The translations under genes were made by a program, and so were the position numbers. Below, piece by piece: positions 1 to 10,600 of a stretch of DNA of 45,641 bases (positions are counted from its first letter, which is position 1; the number at the start of each line of letters is the position of its first letter). The notes beneath the pieces are model-generated. The model was not told where the DNA came from. It saw only the letters and a list, made by a program, of their open reading frames with translations, and did not search any database. The stretch is from Saprolegnia diclina VS20 (lineage: Eukaryota), in NCBI RefSeq assembly GCF_000281045.1, contig NW_008246095.1, positions 361,087 to 406,727 on the forward strand, in the 5' to 3' direction.

Positions 1-28
1 GGATGTCGCGTTGAACTTTGCTTTTCAC

Positions 29-97
29 CCAATCGCACGCGGCGCGCGCGTACCAGCTGCTTCTGATTGGCCCCATTCCTTGCGCGTTACTGATTGG
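29..97. promoter_or_regulatory. CCAAT-box cluster upstream of the F-box gene
   Basis: CCAAT 29-33, ATTGG 66-70 and ATTGG 93-97, with CGCG-rich spacers, about 115-185 bp upstream of ATG 213. Confidence 0.6.
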
Positions 98-212
98 ATG
101 AAATATTTTCAGCGAATCACACGCGAGCTAGCGACGTGGGCGGCCGACGCACAGCTCGGCCATCGCCATTACCTGGCGCACCTCGAAGCTGCGATCTTTG
201 CACTGTTGAAGC

Positions 213-1486
213 ATGGCGAGCCAAGTCGCCGAGAGCTCACGCAGCGTGCAGCTGCCACGCAGCGCGCCGTCGGCCGCGTACACGCCGGTCCTCGTCACCA
301 TGAGCGAGGAGCTGGTACGACGCCATGACGCTGCCTCGTTTCATGATGCTCAAGTGGCACGGTAGATCCTCATGGTCTTTGGCTACCTCACGCCCGCGTC
401 GATCCTTACGACGATGTACGCTGCATGTCGTGCGCTCACAACCACAGCTCATGTAGCGTAGGCAGCTCTCCAAGGAGTGGCGCGACATTTGCCGCTCGGA
501 CCGCCTTTGGTTGCCGCTGGTCCTTCGCCGTTGGCAGCTGCCTCCGCGCATGATGAAGCTGCACCGCTATGGCGTGCACTCGTACTTTGGCCTGTACCGG
601 CATTTGCACATCTCGGAGCAGAAGCCTCACGGCCTCTACTCGACGGCTGTACGTGTGCTTGCCAATTCGACGCCCGCGCTCATGGCCTCGTTTGTTGGTT
701 AGGACAAACCGACGTGGGGGCACAGCTACAACGGCGGCGTCGAGACCTGGTAGAGCCAAGTGTCATAGGCGGAAACGTTCATGTATCCTGTGCGTAGGCT
801 CACGCTCGGGCATCGTGCCGACTGCAAGACGCTCGCGATCGGCGCCAAGACGTACGTCCAGCTCCGCATCATCGTCCAGAACCTCTCGTCGTCGCATGTG
901 CACATTGACGCTGCGGCCATCCAAGTACACTACAAGGATGGCTCCAAGCGGGCGGCGGTATGTCCCGACATAATCCTCTTCGGTCTTTTTGATGTCCCTG
1001 GCGTGTAGGTGGCTCGCCACCCGATGGCGCATGCCATGCTTCGCATGGAGCCGCGGGTGCTTGCGGCTAATGGCGTCGCGCCGGCCCTCGAAGCGTCGAT
1101 CGTCGAAGGACGTGCGGTGCTTCGGTTCATGGACTATTGCGTCGTGGGCCTCTACGTCGAATGCGACGACGGCTGCGTCTTTGAGTCCGACTTTCTCGAG
1201 CAGTACGAGGAAGTGCGGCCGACGTGTACTCACATGTGGAGCTAGTGCGTTCGCCGTGTGGGTGCCCATGAAGCGGCGCGGCCACTGCAACGACCTCTCA
1301 CGCTGCCGTTGTGCGCTGATTCCCGACCACTACCACCACTTTGGCTCGATCTTGAGCATCGTCGACGAGTCGGTCATCTGGTCGCGCTACTCGGAGTTTG
1401 CTGGCGGCTTTATGGTGCTCAACTGCAAGGACCGCCTCGGCGGTGCTGCAGCCCACGGGTCGCTCCCGACGCGCTACCTTCTCTAG
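213..1486 (+). CDS. F-box protein (multi-exon)
   Basis: Splicing short GT..AG introns gives MASQ...LVTMSEELILMVFGYLTPASILTTMQLSKEWRDICRSDRLWLPLVLRRW, a typical F-box motif. The C-terminal domain is unrecognised and ends LPTRYLL* (TAG 1484-1486). Confidence 0.75.
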
Positions 1487-1938
1487 TCTTGTCCTCTCTT
1501 CCCTTCTTGATGTAAAGTGTGTGTCGTTGCTTTGCCAAGTGTCTGCACGCCCCATATTTATATGCATGTTCGGGTCGTGACGCCACCTCGGGCAAATGCA
1601 AGGTGAGTTTGAGCGTCTACCCCATAATCCACAGGACGACGACCAAGGAATGCGAGGACCGAACATTCACTTCGTGGTCGACATGTGCTGTGCCAAAATG
1701 CTGAGGAAGACGAAGACCATAAGTTCTGGCCTTGGGAAGACGTGGCGAATCTCCAGGAGAGATCCATGCGACTGGTGGTGCGGCGACACATTCGCGGGCC
1801 TTCGCACGGCCGTCAGATTATACAGTGGGGCATGCAGTCAGTAGTACATCACTGGTGACATAGAGTAAAGACGAGCGACGACCTCGTGGTCAACTCTCGG
1901 TCGTACAAACCGGTGTCCTTAGTGTCATCTTGGCGTCT

Positions 1939-3459
1939 CTACATGCCGTAAGCTTCGTCTCGTGGTATCTCGTCGCAAGAAGGATCTGTCGTCACGTCGC
2001 TGGGGTCGACGATCGGCTTGGGGACGCTTGCCTCGGGTCGTATCGTACTTTGATTGCGTATTGTTGCAGTGTTGCCACGAGGCGTCGCCCGTCCTGGTGC
2101 TACGGCAGGTCCTACCATGGGAGCGCTTCTCGATCGAACAACACACTTGCTCGTTCAGCCCACCTGCCAGCGTCGTCTCGAGCAGAGGAGGTCCGTACTC
2201 GCTCGCCCCGTGGAGGCTCACGGCAGCGACTTGAATCGAGTACGTCGTTTCGGGTGTGAGCTTGACCAAGGTCGCTTGGAGCGGATTTGTCCCCGCGAGT
2301 TGCAAGCACGTCTTCTTGCCAGGCGCCGTCGCTTTGATCTTGAAGCCGGAAAGCGGCAGCGACTCGTTAAGCTTGGCACTTGCGGCCGTCCTAAGTACGA
2401 GCCATCAGCACCACATCGTTCGACGCATCCGCGACCACGTAATCGTGATGGACGTGGCAGTGATGAGCTTTGCGTCGACGCGTGGTGGCGGCGACGGCTC
2501 TAGCACATCATGACGCTGTCTGCAAGCTTGAGGAATGAGCCTACTGTCGCCAGCGATGGCTCGAAACGTATCGAGAACCGCCATGGACGACGTCACGTCG
2601 ACGGCACTCAGCAGATGCTACTCGCTCAAGTGTAGGATCATATCTTTCTGGTTGACAAGCCATACCTCGGATTCGCGCAGCTTGGCGTCTGCGCCTTGCT
2701 ACGCATGAGGTCGGACAACGTAGCAGTGCCCGAGGCTACCTCGAGAAGGTATTTGACAACAGACGTGTGTTCTTGCTGAGATGCAAAGAAGAGTGCAGTG
2801 CACCCTACTGCGTTGGTCGTATTGATTTTGGCCTTCTTCTCGATCTACATGTGCTTGCCGTCGCCCTCGCATGAGTCGCTTCCTACCAAGAGACGGCAAA
2901 GCGTGAGATGCCCTTGGTACGCGGCATAGTGCAGCGGCGTATTCATGTCCTATGGTTCATGGGGAGAATATTGTCATCGCTCAGATGGACGCACGCCAAA
3001 CTCGGTCGCATCGCGGTCATTGACAACGTCGTGCTCCAAGAGCCGCTCGACGACCGCGACGTCGCCTTTCCAACACGCCGTGTGGATGTCCACATGGTAG
3101 CGCTGCTGCCCAAGCTCCTTGAGCCGACTCAGCGCCTTCTCGAGCTCGCCCGTCGCGCCGTCGCCGTCCAGATCATCACCCGCCTGCTGCCACCACGCTG
3201 CAAACTCGTCCTATGCTACGCATCTGCCACGTCATTCAAGCCAAGGTCAGTGTACGTAAGAGATGACGCCGTTGCCGTCTTTGTCCAGTAGCTTCAAAGC
3301 GGCTTGAAATTCGTCGGGCGACAGGATCCCACCAAGGCTCTCGACAAGCTCGAGGAGCTCAGACGCGTCAATCGAACCGCTCCCGTCGGCGTCAAAAGCA
3401 GCAAACGCCGCACGGATGGTCTCGTCGTCGCTGGGTGCGCACGTCGGCTGCGGGGCCAT
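1939..3459 (-). CDS. EF-hand + ankyrin repeat + fibronectin type III domain protein (multi-exon)
   Basis: Two canonical EF-hands (FDADGSGSIDASEL; LDKDGNGVISY/DEF across an intron), ankyrin-like segments (IHTACWKGDVAVVERLL, AKINTTNAVGCTALFFASQQ, GADAKLR), then FN3 (ITATSITITWS...LTPETTYSIQVAAVSLHGASEY). The 3' end is inferred from splicing. Confidence 0.7.
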
Positions 3460-4336
3460 GCTTTGCTTGCAGTTACAATTTCATTGCTGAAACCATCCAT
3501 GACGCTCTTGATATGGATCGCCAGGCATGCATACTGGTTCTATCGTGGCTTTCGGTGCACACAACCTCGTCGCACCGTATCAAGTGTACTAGGTCCATAC
3601 CCTCGGACGTGGGTTTGAGTTTCGCACCCAAGTTTGCCGTCAGCTACTTCTACAACCACTGCAGCCACTCTCTGATCTCGTGTGTCGGCATTCAATGCGC
3701 AGTAGTATCCGAAACATCGTTGTTGCCTCGGCACTCGTCGTCGTCTTCTTATTTCCCGAGTCGGTTCTTATTGGCATGCAAGCAATCACCTCCACCCAAG
3801 AGAACATCTCCCAATATGCACCCAGGTCCCTGCCCATGTCCAGGCTCCAATGAAACCTCATAGGAAAGCCTCTCGATCCCCGCGTCGGCGTTGGTTTCAC
3901 ACGAGATTCGCCACCGATTCGTTTCAAAATACTGTACCTTGCAGAAGCAGCCAACCCTCCGAGAGACCAAGTCGTCCAAGAGCTGAACCGGAAGGGTACC
4001 TCGTCGCGTTTGCACCAACACCCAAACCCTATACATAGTATATGTCTTTATCATCGTAGTACGAGCGAGCTCGTTGACGCCCTCGACTTGATCTTGCGAT
4101 CTTCGAGCGGGCCAAAAATAGGCCGGCGCAACCGACCAATCAGCGCCCGTGTGGCCACCGCCTGCTTTTTATTCCGCAGCAAAATACAAAACCAACCGGG
4201 TCGAATTACTTGGCTTTTGTAAGGAGGAGCCGAATGGATGTAAAAAATACGACTGGCTGGTGCAAAAAATTATCGTGAGCTGGGCGTTCGACGGAATCCA
4301 AGTTGCCAGTCGGACGCAACAAGCAGCAGCAGCAGC

Positions 4337-5922
4337 ATGGAAGACCGCATGGCCGCGCTCTCGGTCGGCGACCAGATCAGCGTCCTCTTCTTCATCGCAG
4401 GCCACTACCAGCGCTTCACGGTGCGCGCGGGCATGAAGGTCAGCGACGTCATTGCGGCCATGGCCAACGTGCTCAGCACGATGCACCCCGAGGCCGAGGT
4501 GCCCGTCTTCAACGCGATCCGCAACAACAAGACGGCGCGCTTCGTCGCGCTCAACGACTCGGCGATCCGCGCCCTCGAGCCCGATCAGATGTACGACATC
4601 GTGTACACGGACAAGGCGGCCAAGGTGCCACTGCCGCCGCCCGCCATCGACCCGTCGGTCGCATTTCAGATCGTCTTTTACAGCAACCCGCTTGGCATTA
4701 CGATCAAACCCATGGGCGACCGGTACGTGGTCGCAACGAAGAAGAAGAGCTTGGACTGCTACCGACGACTGGTTGTGGGCATGGAAGTCGTGAGCTGCGG
4801 CGGCGTCGCGCTCGCCGGCGTCGACTTTCGCGAGCTCCACTCAATCATGGCCAACTCGACGTTCCCGCTCACGATGCGCTTCCGCGCGGCCAGCAGCGAT
4901 CGCCATGCACACGAGATGCCCGATGATGCGATGGGCGTTATGGAGGTACGGCAAGCTTCTCGCAGATGGTCCTGAATGTCTCATGCGCATCGCGACAGGG
5001 CAACCAAGCGGGCGAGCGACAACGCACCGTCGACACGTTCAACCTGCCTGTGCCCGTCATCTACAACGACGATGGCTCTGTCCACAGCGTGCGTCGCCGC
5101 CAGAAGGACGCCGAGTCGACCACGTCGTACCCGTCATCGTTGCCGCCGATGCGCCCGTCGGCCGTCCCCGACGCGGCGAGTCTTTTGGAGAAGGAAGCTC
5201 GACTCGAAGAAACCCTCAAGAGCCTCCAAGAGGCGTTCTACAAGAAGAAGAAGGAGCTCGATGAGATCGTCGAGCGCATTGGCCAGTACTCGAGCCAGCT
5301 CTCCAACGTGCGGGCGACGATGGGCAAGGCCGCGCCCGACGCGCACGCATCGCCCAACACGCTCACACAAGAGATGCTGCGCAAGATGGACAGCGCCAAG
5401 ACCCCCGGGCCGCGCAAGAAGGGGCCTGCGTCCGTCGTCTCCAACTCGTCGTCGACGTCGGCGCGCTCGACCGGCTCGTACGCCCGCCATATGCACCCGT
5501 ACCAGCCGGCCCCCGCCAAGCCGTCGTCGCGCATTCCGACCAAGCCCATGTCATCGGCCGCCTCGGTCTGCTCACTCACGTCCACGTGCTCGATCGACCG
5601 CATGGCGTTCAAGAAGCCGCGGCCTGCGTTCCCGGGCAAGCCGGGGGCGAGCGGGGTGCGCAAGACGCCGACGACGACGCCGGCGACGCCATCGGACGCG
5701 CGCCGGGCCAACGCGGCCAACACAAACGCCTTCTCCAACACGTTTCCAAGCTCGTTTTCGACCAAAGGCGGCCTCATTTCTCGCGCGCAGACACCCCGGG
5801 GCGCGTTCTTGGTGCCCAAGACCAACACCCCGGGCGTCGGGCACTACGACGTCAAGGACCTCTCCAAGAACATCAAGGGCGGCGAGATTGGCGACTCGGA
5901 CCGCGACTTGCACTGGGCCTAG
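4337..5922 (+). CDS. PDZ-like domain / coiled-coil protein with C-terminal SHIPPO(STPGR)-like motif
   Basis: Two exons (intron 4946-4998, GTACGG..GACAG). PDZ-like segment IVFYSNPLGITIKP...VVGMEVVSCGGVALAGVDFRELHSIMANSTFPLTMRF, coiled coil LLEKEARLEETLKSLQEAFYKKKKELDEIVERI, Ser/Pro/Thr-rich tail ending TPGVGHYDV. Confidence 0.6.
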
Positions 5923-6065
5923 TAATACAAAAAGCCAAGACGATGCTTTTGGGTAGTAGGATGATGATTATGCTTAAATGTCGACGATAAATAGTAGGCG
6001 TCGGTAGTGCTGTGTGTAGCTTTTTTGGATGTACAGTTTTGTCCTACGTAATGGCGACATGGTGG

Positions 6066-7176
6066 CTAGAGGTCCGAGACTGCGGCCGGCGACGTCTCGG
6101 CCAGACCCGGCTTCTGACTTTGCATTTCGTACTGCCGGTACACGTGATGGTAGCACGCCTCCATGTCGTGCACCGCGTACCCCGTCAGCGCTTCCATCTC
6201 GTTTCGCCAGATGGGCCTACTCGAGCATATTGAATGCGTCGACCACGAGGTAGACGCGACTACGTGATGTTGAGGATGCGCCGCCCGACGGCCAAAATGG
6301 CCGTGGCGACGATCGACGGGAGGTACTCGAGGAAGGCATACTCGGAGAGGCAGAGGTCGGCGAGGGATTCGACAAGCGCACTGTAGCGGTCGAGGAGCTC
6401 GGCGTTCTCGGACGGATCGCCCAGACGCAGGTGGTGGATCGTATCGTCAGGAAAGAGCGGCGCGGACGCCACGTAAAAGCGCACAAACGACAGCGGGTGC
6501 ATCGCCGTGAGCGACCAGCGCAGCCTATATGCCATGAGTTCTTATTCTCATAGACATCGGTGGGCGCAGACGCTTGCAAGAGGCGGCCTTCGTAGCGCAT
6601 AATGTCGTGCGTCGAGTAGAGGCCGTTGGCGTACGCGTGCATATCGTGTAGCGACGGAATGTCACTGTCGAGCGCAAATGTCTTGGCGGCAATAAACAAA
6701 CTGCAGAGGCAGTAGAGTTGGAGCTCGGTTTGGAGCGGCTTCTCGCCTTCCTACACATATAAGAACCTTATTGGTTCATGCAATAAGCGCAGCGAAATGG
6801 ACCGACGCTGAGAAGGCGGTCGAGGTACATGACGGCCGTATGCACAATCCACTTTTCGAGGTGCAGCGCGTCGCCGACGTCACAGGTCCAGTCCACGAGG
6901 ACGCGGCGCGTCTAGCAGAATCATCTAGAATGACAAAGTGTTAAGTGGGTTTGCACCTGTACGTAGTGAAAGCTTGGGTTGAACGCGACGCGCAGACGCT
7001 CTTGGTGCAGCATCGTGGTGTACCAGTCGTCGGCGAGGTCCAAAGCGGCGTCGTCGAGCGGCAAGTACACAGAGGTCTACACCAGCACGATGCCGGAACC
7101 TGTAGCACACAAGAGGGAATCGCTGTCGGTGGCGCACCTCGATGGATACGAGCTCCTCGTCGCAGCAGAGCTCCAT
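6066..7176 (-). CDS. Cyclin (N- and C-terminal cyclin boxes; multi-exon)
   Basis: RRVLVDWTCDVGDALHLEKWIVHTAVMYLDRLL, CLFIAAK, LRWSLTAMHPLSFV, FLEYLPSIVATAIL and PIWRNEMEALTGY are cyclin-box motifs. Subfamily not assignable by eye. Confidence 0.85.
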
Positions 7177-7285
7177 GAGGCGGGTTCTCGGCCGGTCGTG
7201 CGGTCAATGCACTGGCGTGTTATAACGCGTCGGTATCCGGACCAGCACAGTGTGCACTTTCGAGTTGCGAATCAAACGGGCTGCA

Positions 7286-7400
7286 CCAATCCAAAGCGAG
7301 CACACCGAAATATTCGCTTGTGATTGGGCAATGCGCTGGCGCGTGCAACAAAAGTGCACCAATGAGAGCGCGTGCTGCTTCGACGCCCATCAGTGATTGG
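7286..7400. promoter_or_regulatory. Four regularly spaced CCAAT boxes in the cyclin promoter
   Basis: CCAAT 7286-7290, ATTGG 7323-7327, CCAAT 7359-7363, ATTGG 7396-7400, upstream of the cyclin ATG (7176, minus strand). Confidence 0.65.
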
Positions 7401-7682
7401 CGAGCCAAACATCCGCGGGCGCAACGCGTGCGGTCTCGAGAATATCTGGCGCGAGAATGCATGGACTGATCCGACCCCAAGACCAAAACTTATAGCTCAA
7501 CCTTATCCAAACAGAAATAAACCACAATTATATCAGAAGCATTACCCTATCTTCAACTACTAGCGCCGGTGCCCACGTGGCTGTGTTCGTACGTATCCCC
7601 TTGGTCATATGAGGCATGCCCTTTCGTCGTGGACATGGAATATTATTGAATATTAACGGTAGCTTCTCTCGTGCTCGCACGT

Positions 7683-10600
7683 CTAGTCGTCGAGTTGACT
7701 GAGCATGGCAACGCCACGGGCTACCCAATGGGCCTCGGGGAGGTTCGACGGAAGCCGAATGAAGCAAATAAAGTTGGTCGAGTGCCCCGTCGTCGAGAGG
7801 GTGCCCCGGCGCTCACTATCAATACACATCATCCGCCCATGTACTTTCTTGGCGTGCGTACCTAGTTTTATACACGGGGCAATTGTACGACTTGCGAATG
7901 ACGAGGTCCGACTTCTTTGTCGGTCGAAACCACAGCACAGGACCGGGCGTGAAGAGCACCTTGGGCAGCGACTCGGTGAGGCGCGACTCGACCTTGTTCC
8001 AGCGACAGCCCTCGAGGAAGAGACCGCGGACGTACACGCCGTCCTAGTTCATGTCTCTAGAACAATCTGTCTGCAAAACGAATGACGCACGCACCGTGGG
8101 GCCCGTCACATAGTCGGTGCGTGGCATTGGCTCGTGGTCAAACGTGATTTGATCTAGCACCTCCAGCATACGAGCCGCTTTTCAAATAACGGGAATCATA
8201 CCGATCGGGATGGTATATTTGCGGGCAAAGTTTTGGTTGGCGCCCGTCAGAAAGGCCTGCGTAAAGAAGAAGCCCGAGATCCAAAAGATCGGCGGCGGCT
8301 TGTCGTTAAGCCAGTCAGCAAAGAACGTTATGCGCTCGAGCAAGTCGCTCACGTAGCTCGGGAGGGGCTTGAGCGAAGGGTACGACTTGGCGATCCACAT
8401 GGCCGGAATTTTCCCGTAAAACAGCGACAAACTCACGTTCTCGAGTTCGGCCGACATGACGACGAGACCTTGGATCGCCTTGCGAAGACTCTTGAGCGAG
8501 CTCCGGACGACCGAGAGAAGGTTGTTGAAGCGCACGAGTTCTTGGCACACGACCGTGTTCATGCTTTCGTTCCATCGGACCGGGTACCGAATGGCCGCGA
8601 CTTCCATGTCGTAATTGTCGGGCAGCCGAGATAGAATATCGGCTGCCATGGCGTCGACGGTCTCTTCTTGGCTGAGGCCCTTGGCGTCGCCGCCGCCGCC
8701 ACCGGTCGCTTGCGTCTGGAGCACCTTTGTGCACAATATCGTCGTTTCGTTTTGATCTTTTGTAATCGTCGCATTGTCGTGCAAACCAAAGACATTGGGC
8801 GGTGCGACAAGCGGAAGGCCCTCGATGAAGCCAAGGAAGCCTTCATAGTCCGTGTCCTCCGGCACCACGTACTGCGACCGCTCGTCAAAGCTGTAGTCGT
8901 CCTTGAGAATATCAGTGGCGTAAAACCGGCCCAAAAGACACGCCAAGGTGCGTCGGTCCTTGTCGTCGGTGACGCGACCACCATAGTTGCACTCGCCCGT
9001 GCAATACCTAAACACATTTGATCGCTACGAAACGATCCGTGAAAATGCGCAGAACGTACTGGAGCGCTCGCCACGGAATCGCGTCGTTCTCGTCGACAAA
9101 CATTGCGAGTTGGCGCGTGCTAATGCTGAGGTCGGACTCGTTGAACTCGTACTGGATGTTCCAGCCCAGCGGACCAAACTGCCGACGCTCGCGGACAAGT
9201 GCATGGAAAAAGCACAGCGCATACAAAAGCCGGCGAAATTCCTTGCCCTAATCACCAGCACATATGTCGACGGTCTAAACACCTATGACAATCTCGCACC
9301 TTGTTCACGGACTCGAGGAACCCGCGCTCACAAATCGGGTCGAGGAGGTACGAGCCGAGAAGGTTAGCGCGCAAGCCCTGGGGCGGTTCGTTGGTCATTT
9401 TCACGCCGTTCTGCAGCACAGACGGGGGAAAGACGGGGGACGGGTACGTCGTGCACCAGAGCCGAAAGTTTGGATGCGTCGTCTCGAGCTTGACGCTCTC
9501 CGTGATGCGCTCCAGTGTCGGCATCCAGCTCGGCGCCAAGTGGCAGTTTTGCAAGACGACCCACGACCCGGTTTCCATCGCGAGCGCGATCATACGCTCG
9601 GCAATGGGTCCTTGGCCTTGCCCCAGCGAAATCGTGTCGATGCGCTGCCGATTCGCGTCGGCAAACTTGAGGACCGAGCTAATCGGGTCCGAGCCCGGCG
9701 AGAGGATAAACACAAGGGGCGAGCTCACGGACGAGTCGCTGTAGCAGAGCCCGAGGTCAAACGGCGGGGGCTTGACGAACGCGTCGCCCATCGTCTCGAC
9801 AACGAACTGCTGCGCGGCGAGGACGACGAGATCCGGTCGAATGCAGCGGATGCCAAGGAGCCGCCGGAACGGTGTTACGGCCGCAAATGACCCGGGGAAA
9901 GGAATGAGGTACCCCGTTGGACTGTCGTAGATGGCCTTCCATGCGTCGACATAGGTCTTGAACTCGGTCGCGAGCCCCGGAAAGGCCGGGAGGTTTGAAA
10001 GACGCACGAGTTCGTTCCACTGCTTGTCGGCAAACCATTCGGGGGCAGGGTTTGGCGGAGGCGTCTCGGCCACTGCCAGCCCGCCCGTGAGGAAGAAGTA
10101 CCACTCGGACGCATCGATCTCGGCGCGGCCTTGCATGATGGAGATCGTCAAGAGGAAGGAAAACATGAGCTTGTCCTTCTCGAGCAGCGACCGACAAATG
10201 TTGCGGTACAAGGAAAACGTAAAGTGCGCATCGAGCAGCTTGAGCCGTTCGTGCAAGTCGGTGCTCTTGTCGCTTTGGTTGATGCTGAGCACAAAGAGTG
10301 CAATGAACCACGAGAGCGAGTACTGGTACACGGGCTCGATGTTGGCGAGCTGGTCGATGCAGAAGAAGAGCACTTGCGACGAGTAGGCTACCGGGCGGTA
10401 GCCCTGGCGCACCGTGTCGATCTCGAGCTCCGTGGCTTCGGCAATGACCTGCTCCGACTTGATTTGGTCGGCGACCTGCTTGCCCTGGTTCATCGTGTTG
10501 ATGGCGGTCTCGTCTTCAAGGATGTTGCCCTCGGACGCCGACAGAATGTGCAACGTCTTGTCTTCAATCTCCTTCAAAAGCGCCTTGTTCTTGGCGCTCT

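Noticed and set aside
1520..1920. Short ORFs and a possible 32-nt intron-like segment between convergent genes
   Set aside because: No coherent gene model or homology signal.
3480..4060. Overlapping 100-140 aa ORFs between the EF-hand and PDZ-like genes
   Set aside because: No motif, atypical codon usage and no convincing splice model; treated as intergenic.
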